64,000 nt of DNA from Parcubacteria bacterium C7867-008 (GTDB lineage Bacteria > Patescibacteriota > Minisyncoccia > Phycocordibacterales > Phycocordibacteraceae), in contig LFCR01000004.1 of the NCBI GenBank assembly GCA_001189215.1, positions 95,391-159,390 of the forward strand. The letters are read 5' to 3'. This document shows positions 1 through 9,004 of the stretch, one piece after another (position 1 is the first letter of the stretch; every line of letters begins with the position of its first letter). Made by a program: the position numbers and the translations under genes. The notes beneath the pieces are model-generated. The model was given only the letters and a program-made list of their open reading frames with translations, did no database searches and had not been told where the DNA came from.

Positions 1-1785
1 ATCAAGCATGTTATTGATCCTATAACAGGTCACGAACAGACGGATCCTAAACATAAGAACAAAATCGTTGCCGTTGTGGAGCACGAAGGAAAGGTACTCA
101 CCATAAAGTGGCCAGAGGAACTTGGTGGAAGGTTGTTGGTAGGAGGTACTGCTGAAGAAGGTGAGGATCCTGCGGTGACTGCTGCACGTGAGATTCTTGA
201 GGAGACAGGCTACGCCGATCTTGAACTTGTTGAACAAGCACAGGAACAGGTCCATCATTCATACTTCGCCTTCTCAAAGAACCAAGCAACGATTGCCCAT
301 ACGACTCTTCTCCATTTCAGGCTCAGGAGTAACAGGATGGAGGAAACACAGCTTGAAGCTGATGAGATTGGTAAATTTACGGTTGAATGGGTTACTCCTG
401 ACGTTGCCCGCAAGGAGATACATGATGACCAGCATCAATACACGCTTGCACGATTCACTAACTACAGTGCCTATACCGGAAACGGTACACTCTCAAACTC
501 GGGTAGCTTCACCGGTCGTGATAACCGCGAAGCAATGGCAGACATTATTGAAGCAGTGGGTGGAGAGGTACGAACTAATTATCGTATTCGAGACTGGTTA
601 GTATCTCGTCAGCGCTATTGGGGTTGCCCAATACCAATTGTCTATGACCCAGAAGGAAACCCTCATGCCGTTCCGGCAGAGCATCTTCCCTGGACCCTTC
701 CAACAGATGTAGATTCTGATTCAGGAAAGGGCCAGTCTCCACTCAAAGCATCTAAGGAGCTTGCTGCTCGTGTAGAACAGATCTTCGGAGAAGGGTGGAC
801 TCCCGAATGTGACACCCTCGATGTGTTTGTAGATTCTTCTTGGTACTTCCTCCGATACTTGGATCCAAAAGATGAGCACGACTTTTCAAATCAGAGTCTA
901 ATGAAGAAGTGGCTTCCTGTAAATCGATACTCAGGTGGTAGCGAGCACACCACCGTACACCTACTCTACGCACGCTTCTTCTACAAAGCCCTCTACGATC
1001 TTGGTCTTGTTCCAACTTCCGAACCATTTTATGAGCGATTTAATCGTGGTCTCGTTCTAGACTCTGAGGGCCGCAAGATGAGCAAGCGTTGGGGTAACGT
1101 AGTGAACCCCGATGAGATGGTTAAGCTTTATGGTGCTGATGCGGTGCGTATGTACCTCGCATTTATGGGTCCATACAACGAAGCTGGCCACTATCCATGG
1201 AAACTTACCGGCGTAGAAGCAATGCGCAAGTTCTTGGACCGTATCGTAAGTCTTTCTGGACGTCTTTCTGATGAAGAACCATCTGAAGCCACGCTTCGAG
1301 TACTTGCTAAAGCAATTGATAAGGTTGGTACCGATATAACTCGCTTTAAGTACAATACAGCCATCTCAGGCTTAATGGTTCTCGTGAATGAGCTCGAGGC
1401 ACTTTCAGCCGTGCCTCGTAGGGCATATCATGATTTAATATCGCTTCTTGCTCCCTTTGCACCACACGTTGCTGAATATCTATACGAGAATGCTCTTCTG
1501 ACCAGTTCTCATGCAGGAGCAGTTGAAACAATCGAGATACCTAAGAGCGTGCATGAACTTGAGTGGCCGTTGGTTGATGAATCGCTTCTAACCACCGAAA
1601 CCATCATCATGGGAGTACAAATTGCCGGAAAACGACGTGGAGAAGTGTCTCTTAGTCTTGAAGCAACCGAAGAAGAGGCGGTTGCAGCCGCCCTTAGCCA
1701 GCCCGATGTCGCCAAGTTCCTAGAAGGGGGTACTCCAAGCCGGGTTATCTATGTTCCAGGACGAATCCTGAACCTAATACCCTAG
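1..1785 (+). CDS. leuS: leucyl-tRNA synthetase, 5'-truncated by window edge; carries an embedded Nudix-box segment
   Basis: Frame 1 is open from nt 1 (ORF track starts at GTG 76). RDWLVSRQRYWGCPIP motif at about nt 586-630, KMSKR at about nt 1078, conserved LeuRS C-terminus. Canonical Nudix box GX5EX7REUXEEXGU (GTAEEGEDPAVTAAREILEETGY) at nt 145-213. Confidence 0.85.
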   Translation: MKHVIDPITGHEQTDPKHKNKIVAVVEHEGKVLTIKWPEELGGRLLVGGTAEEGEDPAVTAAREILEETGYADLELVEQAQEQVHHSYFAFSKNQATIAHTTLLHFRLRSNRMEETQLEADEIGKFTVEWVTPDVARKEIHDDQHQYTLARFTNYSAYTGNGTLSNSGSFTGRDNREAMADIIEAVGGEVRTNYRIRDWLVSRQRYWGCPIPIVYDPEGNPHAVPAEHLPWTLPTDVDSDSGKGQSPLKASKELAARVEQIFGEGWTPECDTLDVFVDSSWYFLRYLDPKDEHDFSNQSLMKKWLPVNRYSGGSEHTTVHLLYARFFYKALYDLGLVPTSEPFYERFNRGLVLDSEGRKMSKRWGNVVNPDEMVKLYGADAVRMYLAFMGPYNEAGHYPWKLTGVEAMRKFLDRIVSLSGRLSDEEPSEATLRVLAKAIDKVGTDITRFKYNTAISGLMVLVNELEALSAVPRRAYHDLISLLAPFAPHVAEYLYENALLTSSHAGAVETIEIPKSVHELEWPLVDESLLTTETIIMGVQIAGKRRGEVSLSLEATEEEAVAAALSQPDVAKFLEGGTPSRVIYVPGRILNLIP

Positions 1786-1818
1786 ACATTTGATATAAAT
1801 GTATCATTATGATTAGAG

Positions 1819-1850
1819 ATTATATGGCCTATATAGGCCATATAATCTAC
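1819..1850. repeat. perfect 32-bp palindrome AGATTATATGGCCTATATAGGCCATATAATCT
   Basis: Read directly: the left 16 nt are the reverse complement of the right 16 nt. Sits between the leuS stop and the downstream 3D-domain gene. Confidence 0.6.
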
Positions 1851-1945
1851 CCCTTCATCCATTCTGGAGCTTAAAATCGCTTGACAGAAGGGGGCTGGAC
1901 TGATAGTCTATTGAGGTAAAGACGGCGTAAGCCGTTTTTGCATTT

Positions 1946-2560
1946 ATGCCTTTTCTGATATCAACCCTGGTGGGTCTTATGGTTTTGCCAGCGGGTATAG
2001 CAGGTCCGATTCCTACTAATGCAACAGTAGCGACTACCACGGTAGCAGCTCCTACAGCACCGGTAAGTTTCAAGCTTGTAACCCCTGGAACGAAGGAAGC
2101 GGAAACGCCCTTCACGACCAAGCTCACCGCATATAACGCCGTGCCTTCACAAACTGATGGTAATCCCTTTGTGACGGCAAGCGGCTCGTTCTCAAACCCT
2201 GAAGTTGTTGCTGCACGTTCTGGCGACCTCGCGAAGGATCTTCCTTTCGGAACGATCATCTCGATTGAACGCTCTGCTGCTGACACTCCTGCTTGTAACT
2301 ACAGCACGGTGTCTCATCAGATCGGATATCGTGTTATCGCGGACTCCATGAATGCACGCATCACGAACACGGTCGACGTTCTTCTCGATGAGAATGACAC
2401 GGTCGTGGTCAACGGAAGGACGGTTAATCCAGGCATTGCGCTTGGTATCTGTGGACAGGTAACGGTGCGTGTAGTCGGCCATATTGGCGTCAAGGATATT
2501 CCTAAGACCCAGGCTGAACTCGCGTCATACGTTACTCCGTCTGCACTTGCAACCCGATAA
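1946..2560 (+). CDS. secreted/anchored 3D-domain-like protein (cell-wall associated)
   Basis: N-terminal hydrophobic segment, Thr/Ala/Pro-rich linker, C-terminal region resembling 3D (MltA-like) domains with conserved Asp residues (DTPACNY, DVLLDEND). Confidence 0.45.
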   Translation: MPFLISTLVGLMVLPAGIAGPIPTNATVATTTVAAPTAPVSFKLVTPGTKEAETPFTTKLTAYNAVPSQTDGNPFVTASGSFSNPEVVAARSGDLAKDLPFGTIISIERSAADTPACNYSTVSHQIGYRVIADSMNARITNTVDVLLDENDTVVVNGRTVNPGIALGICGQVTVRVVGHIGVKDIPKTQAELASYVTPSALATR

Positions 2561-2576
2561 TTTCACGAAACGAAAT

Positions 2577-2616
2577 AACACACACTCGGCAGAGATGCCG
2601 GGCGTGTGTTGTTTTA
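2577..2616 (+). terminator. intrinsic terminator (imperfect GC hairpin plus T-run)
   Basis: AACACACACTCGGCA..GCCGGGCGTGTGTTGTTTTAT immediately after the stop of the 3D-domain gene. Confidence 0.4.
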
Positions 2617-2646
2617 TATATGTAGCTTCATGAAGCGTAGTAAGGA

Positions 2647-3933
2647 ATGCTATTCAAAGCCGTCTCCATAAAATATACTCATATGGATATGAACAAACGA
2701 TCTTTCCTCTCCCTTTTTGCACTCATAGTGCTACTTAGCACTAGCGCACCCACCGCATTTGCTGCTACCAAAAAACCAACCACTACAGCAGCAACCACAT
2801 TTGAAGTCTCAGGATGGATTCCGTATTGGCGTACTGAGGCTGGTACTGCAGATACTATTCCGCATCTATCCCAACTCACTGAAGTGAACCCTTTTGGCTA
2901 TACCGTTAAGAGTGACGGTACCCTTAATGATGCCGCAAATATTAAAAGCTCCTCTTGGCAGAAACTGATAAAGGAAGCTCGCGCAAAGAAAGTACGGGTC
3001 GTACCTACCGTAATGTGGAGTGATACCGCTTCAATCCATAGGATACTTTCTGATTCGAAGCTCCGCGCTAAGCATATAAAGTCCATCGTATCGGTTGTTA
3101 AGGAAAACAACTTTGATGGTATTGATATCGACTACGAAGGTAAGCTGGCAGAAGACAAGGACAACTATTCCGCCTTCCTAAAGGAACTCTCTGCAGAGTT
3201 TGCTAAAGATAAAGCAAATAAATGGCTCATGTGTACCATTGAGGCACGTACACCACCAGATTCTCTCTATTCAAACCCAAGTGCGGTAAACATTCAGTAT
3301 GCAAATGATTTCACTGCAATTAATACGTACTGCGATCGTGTGCGCCTTATGACTTACGATCAGCAAACGGCTGATATTAAGCTGAACGCAGCACACAAGA
3401 AAGAGCTCTATGCACCTATTGCTGACCCAGAATGGGTTAAGAAAGTAGTAGCACTTACCACACAGACTATCGACAAGAAGAAACTGGTCCTCGGTATCGC
3501 AACCTATGGGTACATCTACCAGGTTATGCCGTATTCAGACGCTAGTGGGTATAGCTACACAAAACTAGAGGCATTTAATCCGAAGTACGGTGTAGACACT
3601 GCTGCAGCGAACGGTATTACCCCAACGCGTAACGCTGCTGGTGAGCTCTCCTTCACGTACGTACCAAAGAGCACGGTATCGGCACTTCCTTCAAACAGTG
3701 TGCTTTCTGCACTTGCTCCCAAAGGTACAAATTCAGGTAACCTCGCAGCAGCTGGTGCACTTGCTCTTGCTAAGACCAAAGGGAAGCAAGCTCCTGTACA
3801 GCTACTCTGGTGGAGTGATGCTCAGGCAATAAAAGACAAGGTTGTTCTAGCAAAAAAGCTTGGTTTACGTGGCGTTGCTGTCTTTAAGTTTGATGGTGGC
3901 CAAGATCCACAGATGTGGAGTGTGCTTAAATAG
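2647..3933 (+). CDS. glycoside hydrolase family 18 (chitinase-like / peptidoglycan hydrolase) with signal peptide
   Basis: GH18 catalytic motif DGIDIDYEG. Signal peptide MNKRSFLSLFALIVLLSTSAPTAFA, so the true start is probably M at 2686. Confidence 0.8.
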   Translation: MLFKAVSIKYTHMDMNKRSFLSLFALIVLLSTSAPTAFAATKKPTTTAATTFEVSGWIPYWRTEAGTADTIPHLSQLTEVNPFGYTVKSDGTLNDAANIKSSSWQKLIKEARAKKVRVVPTVMWSDTASIHRILSDSKLRAKHIKSIVSVVKENNFDGIDIDYEGKLAEDKDNYSAFLKELSAEFAKDKANKWLMCTIEARTPPDSLYSNPSAVNIQYANDFTAINTYCDRVRLMTYDQQTADIKLNAAHKKELYAPIADPEWVKKVVALTTQTIDKKKLVLGIATYGYIYQVMPYSDASGYSYTKLEAFNPKYGVDTAAANGITPTRNAAGELSFTYVPKSTVSALPSNSVLSALAPKGTNSGNLAAAGALALAKTKGKQAPVQLLWWSDAQAIKDKVVLAKKLGLRGVAVFKFDGGQDPQMWSVLK

Positions 3934-3950
3934 AGTATTCTAGACAGAAT

Positions 3951-4391
3951 ATGGCTACAAGAAGGAAATACATTCCGGGCGACTTTGTGCTTACACCTAA
4001 GCGTTCAAGTGCAGGTATTGGATTATTTGCAGGACAAGATATTGCAAAGAATGAATGCGTTATTGAATACGTGGGACGAGAGGTGCCTGAAGCAGAACAA
4101 TATACCAACAACAGTCGTTACCTCTTTGGTATAGGTAGCAAACGTATGGTGGATGGGAAACCTAAGATCAATAAGGCAGGGTATATCAATCACTCTTGTG
4201 CACCGAACTGCGAACCAGTGATCCACAAAGGCCGTATCTTCATCTTCTCGATAAAGCCAATCAAAGTGGGTGATGAACTCACTTATGACTACGGGGCGGA
4301 ATACTTTAACGACATCATCCTTGGAGACGGAGGCTGCAAGTGTGCAAAGTGTGCCGTTACCGGAAAAGGTCAGAAGAAACGACGAGACTAG
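3951..4391 (+). CDS. SET-domain protein (putative protein-lysine methyltransferase)
   Basis: NHSCAPNC and ELTYDYG SET motifs, plus a C-terminal Cys cluster CKCAKC (post-SET). Confidence 0.75.
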   Translation: MATRRKYIPGDFVLTPKRSSAGIGLFAGQDIAKNECVIEYVGREVPEAEQYTNNSRYLFGIGSKRMVDGKPKINKAGYINHSCAPNCEPVIHKGRIFIFSIKPIKVGDELTYDYGAEYFNDIILGDGGCKCAKCAVTGKGQKKRRD

Positions 4392-5278
4392 TCGAACAGA
4401 GAGGCGAGATATCCGTTGATCTCCCGTTGATCAAGGTCATAAAAGAACTTCCCATCATCATGAAGTTTGGTCGCAAGGTCTATTCCAACGAAACGCCAAT
4501 GCCATGGTTCAAACTGATAGTATCCGTTTGATTTTGGATAAGAGAGTATGAATCCATACTTGTATGCGTTCTTGTTGAGCCATGCATATGCTTCAGTCTT
4601 CTCAAATCCACTGAAGGTTCCCCCTACAGACTTGGTGGTGAGGTCGAGTGCTGTACCAAGCTGATGCTCGGAATACCCCTGATCCGCTGAGAAGGCATTA
4701 GCAGAGCCTGCACCGTAGGTAATCTTATAACTCGCCTTTAAAGCCGCCTGAGTGCCAAATGAGCGGTATGCAGAGGCAATGAGGATGTCTATGTCATCAT
4801 CTTTTGCGCCTTCAAGGAGATCTTCTAGATGATTCCTGATTTCAGAATGTATTTCAAAGTTCCTGCTCGGCTCAAATAAGTACTCCGAATCGATAGGAGA
4901 CAGCGCAGAAGGGATGTAGTTCTCATTGAGGAAGTACACTTTGGAGTATTTGGCGAGAAGCTGTGGATCCGTCTGTGCAAGCTTGTTTAACTTCCCAACC
5001 GTACTACCAAGACTTCGTATCTGAGAATCAAACTGATCATTCTTCTGCTTCTCACTTGTGAAGGCATCTTGGAGGGAATTGCGATCATCGGTAACCTGAA
5101 CGAGAGACTTCTGTAGAGAAAGAGAGCGTTCTGTGCTGGAAGCAAGTTCAGCCTGAGTCGCCACTAACTTTGTGTGCTCCTGATAGTACAAGTACGCACC
5201 GGTACCAACTCCTACGAGAACAGCTCCGCATAGGGCAATAATGGCGATCCGGGCCGGAGTCATGTCTGTATAGTACAC
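4388..5278 (-). CDS. peptidase M15 (VanY-like D-Ala-D-Ala carboxypeptidase) with N-terminal TM anchor and coiled coil
   Basis: SEHQLGTALDL zinc-binding motif typical of M15B/VanY; N-terminal hydrophobic helix. Confidence 0.75.
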   Translation of the reverse strand: MYYTDMTPARIAIIALCGAVLVGVGTGAYLYYQEHTKLVATQAELASSTERSLSLQKSLVQVTDDRNSLQDAFTSEKQKNDQFDSQIRSLGSTVGKLNKLAQTDPQLLAKYSKVYFLNENYIPSALSPIDSEYLFEPSRNFEIHSEIRNHLEDLLEGAKDDDIDILIASAYRSFGTQAALKASYKITYGAGSANAFSADQGYSEHQLGTALDLTTKSVGGTFSGFEKTEAYAWLNKNAYKYGFILSYPKSNGYYQFEPWHWRFVGIDLATKLHDDGKFFYDLDQREINGYLASLFD

Positions 5279-5614
5279 GCCCTAACGGCTTCGTCTATGA
5301 AGGCTTGAGCCATCGCTGAACCGTTGGCTGGAACAGGGCACGTGCCTGTACATATAGACTCTTACCCCAGGTTCGCACTGAAGAAACACTACGTGATGTA
5401 GCTTTAGCAAAGTCAGGGCGGAGTGAAAATACTATTCCGACGATGCCACAAAAGATGGCTCCCACCACCAAGAGAAGGGTGCTGGTGACCGCCAGAAAGA
5501 CTACACGTTCGTACATAAGCATATGTTTGATTCTTGCGTACTACCATAAAAGAATCGATGAAGGCAAGGAATTCATTTGTCTGAACGGCACTTATGGTGT
5601 AGCTTCGATAAGAT

Positions 5615-7015
5615 ATGGAACAACGTAAATATACAAAGATCGTCGCGACGATCGGTCCGAAAACAGAGTCTGAAGAAACACTATCCCGCCTCATCCAGGC
5701 GGGAATGAACGTCATGCGCTTGAATATGAGCCATGGTGATCAAGCGGAGCATGGTGCACGTATCGTAAATGGACGTGCAGCAGCTGAAAAGCTTGGCGAA
5801 CCCATTGGTATTCTTATGGACCTCTCTGGTCCTAAGATTCGTACCGGTATGTATGAAACAGAGCGCATAACTATTGAGAATGGTGCAAAGCTCACCCTCA
5901 CTACTGAAGAAGCCATTGGTACCACTTCACGCATCTATGTGAACTACCGCAAACTTCCACAAGAAGTGAAGCCTGGTTCCGTGATCATGCTCGATGACGG
6001 CAAAAAGAAGCTTGTCGTTGATTCCATCGAAGGAACAGAAGTGCACTGCACCGTGGTGGTTGGTGGTGAACTAAAGGCACGTCGTGGAGTGAACATTCCT
6101 GGTGCATACCTCACGATCGATACCATCACCGAGAAAGATCGCGATGATCTCGCATTCGGTATTAAGCAGGGTATTGATATGGTTGCACTATCCTTTGTGC
6201 GCAGACCTGAAGACATTACGGAACTTCGTGAGATTCTAAAGACGCTTGGGGCTCCAACCCTTCCAATCATTTCTAAGATTGAGACTCAGGAAGCAATTGA
6301 TAACCTTGATGCAATCATCACTGCTTCAGACGGCATCATGGTTGCTCGTGGAGACCTCGCTATTGAGATTCCCGCAGAACAGGTACCGCGTTGGCAGAAG
6401 GAAATGATCCGTAAGTCTAATGAGCAGGGTAAGCCAGTCATCACTGCTACCCAGCTTCTTGAGTCCATGATCACCAGCCCGGTTCCAACCCGTGCTGAAG
6501 TATCAGACGTCGCTAATGCAGTATTCGATGGCACTGATGCGGTGATGCTTTCAGAGGAAAGCACGCTTGGTGCATTCCCCGTTGAAGCCGTTGAGACTCT
6601 CGCTCGTGTGGCTCGTGCTTCGGAAGCAGCCATCACACCGCCTGTTGCGGTATCTACTATCCCAGACACCGTTACTCATGCGGTAGCTCGTGCCGCTGAA
6701 GAGCTTAATGCAAAGGCAATTGTTGCCCTAACAGAATCAGGTACCACGGCTCGCATCACCGCACGGTTCCATCCTCACTGCCCGGTGATTGCACTTACTC
6801 CAAGCGAATCAACCCGCAAGTCTCTCGCACTCTCACGTGGCGTATATCCATACACCATCAAGCAGCTGGGCTCTCTTGAAGAGACCCTCGCATTCATTCC
6901 TGGTTTCCTTATGGAAAAGGGGTATGCAACGACCGGCGACACGGTACTGGTTACTGCAGGCCTTAGCTTTGGTGTTGCTGGTTCAACAAACCTTCTCGTG
7001 GCAATTACGCTCTAA
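5615..7015 (+). CDS. pyk: pyruvate kinase
   Basis: MEQRKYTKIVATIGP...MRLNMSHG...LMDLSGPKIRTG, full-length barrel and C-terminal domain. Confidence 0.95.
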   Translation: MEQRKYTKIVATIGPKTESEETLSRLIQAGMNVMRLNMSHGDQAEHGARIVNGRAAAEKLGEPIGILMDLSGPKIRTGMYETERITIENGAKLTLTTEEAIGTTSRIYVNYRKLPQEVKPGSVIMLDDGKKKLVVDSIEGTEVHCTVVVGGELKARRGVNIPGAYLTIDTITEKDRDDLAFGIKQGIDMVALSFVRRPEDITELREILKTLGAPTLPIISKIETQEAIDNLDAIITASDGIMVARGDLAIEIPAEQVPRWQKEMIRKSNEQGKPVITATQLLESMITSPVPTRAEVSDVANAVFDGTDAVMLSEESTLGAFPVEAVETLARVARASEAAITPPVAVSTIPDTVTHAVARAAEELNAKAIVALTESGTTARITARFHPHCPVIALTPSESTRKSLALSRGVYPYTIKQLGSLEETLAFIPGFLMEKGYATTGDTVLVTAGLSFGVAGSTNLLVAITL

Positions 7016-7698
7016 GGGTATCCCGGGTAGTATTCGATCTTAAAATCGTCTACCCATTCAGTGCCGGGAATAATACTCAGCACCTTACCGAATATCTTGG
7101 AATCCTCCTCTTTCACAACGATAGGGGAGTAATTTCCGTACTTATTCTCAGGAATGAGGTACACCACCTCATCAATCCTCTGGTACTGCTTAATAACTGC
7201 CATGTTACCGAGCACCGCTACCACACGGTCTCCATCACCCACATCATCTGTTACTTCAACAATGACATAGTCCCCGTTACGAATACCGGCATCGATCATA
7301 CTGTCTCCAACTGCACGTACAGCTACGATATTCGTGTGTGTTCCAACAAAGGAGCGATCAACCGTGATGAACTCACCAAACTCATTCTGCGCATACACTT
7401 CAACTGCGTCACACCCCGCTGAAGCTATAACCGGTATCTGCACTACGCCTGAATGCGCAAAGGGAAACTGCGTATCAAGAATAGTGATACTACGATGTTG
7501 ATGACGATCCCGCTTAGTGAAGCCTTTACGCTCAAGTGCCTCAAGCCTTTGTGTCACACTGCGCAGTGAGCGTAGCTTTAACCCATCACGAAGCTCTGAA
7601 ATGGTCGGTGCCTGATCGTTGTTCGCAACATACGTACGAATAAAAGAGAGAGTTTCCTCTTGCGCACCGGTGAGAGTTCGATGCAGTGCCATATACAA
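7012..7698 (-). CDS. lexA: LexA repressor (S24 peptidase)
   Basis: N-terminal winged HTH; C-terminal GDSM...K motif (AVGDSMIDAGI ... IKQ). Convergent overlap with the pyk stop. Confidence 0.9.
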   Translation of the reverse strand: MYMALHRTLTGAQEETLSFIRTYVANNDQAPTISELRDGLKLRSLRSVTQRLEALERKGFTKRDRHQHRSITILDTQFPFAHSGVVQIPVIASAGCDAVEVYAQNEFGEFITVDRSFVGTHTNIVAVRAVGDSMIDAGIRNGDYVIVEVTDDVGDGDRVVAVLGNMAVIKQYQRIDEVVYLIPENKYGNYSPIVVKEEDSKIFGKVLSIIPGTEWVDDFKIEYYPGYP

Positions 7699-7720
7699 AT
7701 AGAATACCTGAGAATCATTT

Positions 7721-7777
7721 CACACAAGAGAAGTTGTGTGTGGATAAACACACAAGTATGTACACAACATACACAAC
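7721..7777. promoter_or_regulatory. cluster of CACACAA/TTGTGTG inverted repeats upstream of lexA (candidate non-canonical operator)
   Basis: CACACAA-N6-TTGTGTG-N8-CACACAA followed by ACACAAC ATACACAAC direct repeats. No CGAACN4GTTCG or CTGTN8ACAG box seen. Confidence 0.35.
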
Positions 7778-7790
7778 TTATATTCCACTA

Positions 7791-7845
7791 TAAAAGAAAA
7801 CAGCCTCACTGCGTTCGCACGATAGTTGGTGCGAGGCAGTGAGGC
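7791..7845 (-). terminator. intrinsic terminator for the minus-strand PEP-CTERM gene
   Basis: GCCTCACTGCGTTCGCAC..GTGCGAGGCAGTGAGGC long hairpin; T-run on the minus strand (TAAAAGAAAA on plus). Confidence 0.5.
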
Positions 7846-7870
7846 CATTTTGGCGTGTCATGGTTGTAGG

Positions 7871-8641
7871 TTAGGCGTAGGCGCGACGCCGGCGACGAAT
7901 CGAGGCGCCGGCCAGGCCGAAGCCCAGGATCATCATCGCCCAGGTAGCCGGTTCGGGCACGCCGGGAAGTTCCGGAGGCGTGATGATGATCGGCGGATCC
8001 ACGTCGGTCTGCAGTCGCCTCAGGATGCTCACGTTGTCGATGCCGAGACCGTCGCCCAGGAAGCCGGATTCGGGCAGGAAGACGTCAGGGTTGCTGACGA
8101 ACGTGGCCCGAAGGTTGATGCGACTGATCACGTCGTAGTCCGTAGCGATGAAGGCCACCGTCCGATAGCTCCGGTAGAGGAGGTCGTTCAGGCGACCGTC
8201 GAGGATGATCACGCCGTGGTTGTCGATGACCTGGAAGTCCAGCTCGATCGGGAAGAGGTCCGGCCGGCTGTTGATGTTCTGGAAGACGTCGACGGTCAGG
8301 TTGTTGAAGTAGGTGCCGTCGGCCAACTCCAGAGTGGTGAAGCCGGTTGCGAAACCATCCCCACCGATCAGAAGCGGAGCCCAGCTTTTGTTGCCGGGGA
8401 CCAAAATGCTGCTGATGCCGCTGGCCAGGCCAGTGTAGGAAGCCTTCACACCCGACGAGCTGAGATAGGTCTTGGTCGCGGTGAAGGTCGGCTGGCTCGA
8501 GAAGTCAGCCCTCGTGAGAGACTCGAGCGACGTTCCGTAGAGAGCCGTCACACCGGCATACGCCGGAGCGGAAGTGACCAGAGCGAGTGCGCCGGCCAAT
8601 CCCAACAGGTAGTGAAGAGAATTCTTCATTCTTAACCCCAT
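7871..8641 (-). CDS. PEP-CTERM sorting-signal protein (secreted), GC-rich
   Basis: Signal peptide; C-terminal VPEPATWAMMILGFGLAGASIRRRRR (PEP motif, TM helix, Arg cluster). Region visibly GC-rich. Confidence 0.75.
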   Translation of the reverse strand: MGLRMKNSLHYLLGLAGALALVTSAPAYAGVTALYGTSLESLTRADFSSQPTFTATKTYLSSSGVKASYTGLASGISSILVPGNKSWAPLLIGGDGFATGFTTLELADGTYFNNLTVDVFQNINSRPDLFPIELDFQVIDNHGVIILDGRLNDLLYRSYRTVAFIATDYDVISRINLRATFVSNPDVFLPESGFLGDGLGIDNVSILRRLQTDVDPPIIITPPELPGVPEPATWAMMILGFGLAGASIRRRRRAYA

Positions 8642-8697
8642 CTTGGTTTGAGACTCGGCGCGGCCGAGTTAACGGCCACACCCTTTCGGTAGATCCT

Positions 8698-8751
8698 GAG
8701 GAAGTGAGCGTTTTAAGGGCCATATATGGTCCACAAAACGCTCACTTCCTT
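8698..8751. promoter_or_regulatory. long inverted repeat (16-bp arms, 20-nt loop containing a nested GGCCATATATGG palindrome)
   Basis: GAGGAAGTGAGCGTTTT...AAAACGCTCACTTCCTT read directly; lies in the divergent intergenic region between the two PEP-CTERM genes. Confidence 0.5.
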
Positions 8752-8903
8752 CTAAAACCATGAGTTTTAAAAGGACCCGTAACTGCCCGTAGCATACTAA
8801 AGTTGACATTTATGTCAAGGTATTGTGATCGCATCTTCATGAAGGAATATTTGCATAAATCAGATATTTAGGTTATAAAAATACAAGCAGTTCTTTATAT
8901 ATT

Positions 8904-8971
8904 CCTGATTTCCCGCACCCAAAAGCACTTCTGAGTCTTTTCAGGAACGTTGTTGGGTACGGGAAATCAGG
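8904..8971. promoter_or_regulatory. long inverted repeat (19-bp arms, 1 mismatch, 30-nt loop) in the leader of the second PEP-CTERM gene
   Basis: CCTGATTTCCCGCACCCAA...TTGGGTACGGGAAATCAGG. Confidence 0.5.
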
Positions 8972-9004
8972 ACATTTGTCGTTTCTGATCGTGCTCAAGG
9001 GGAC

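Noticed and set aside
98-7043. Short ORFs overlapping leuS, pyk and lexA on other frames or strands (for example 188-601, 5944-6270, 6286-6669, 6789-7043)
   Set aside because: Embedded in or antisense to well-supported conserved genes, with no motif support.
7699-7800. Canonical LexA box (CGAACN4GTTCG or CTGTN8ACAG) upstream of lexA
   Set aside because: Not present; only the CACACAA/TTGTGTG palindromes were found.
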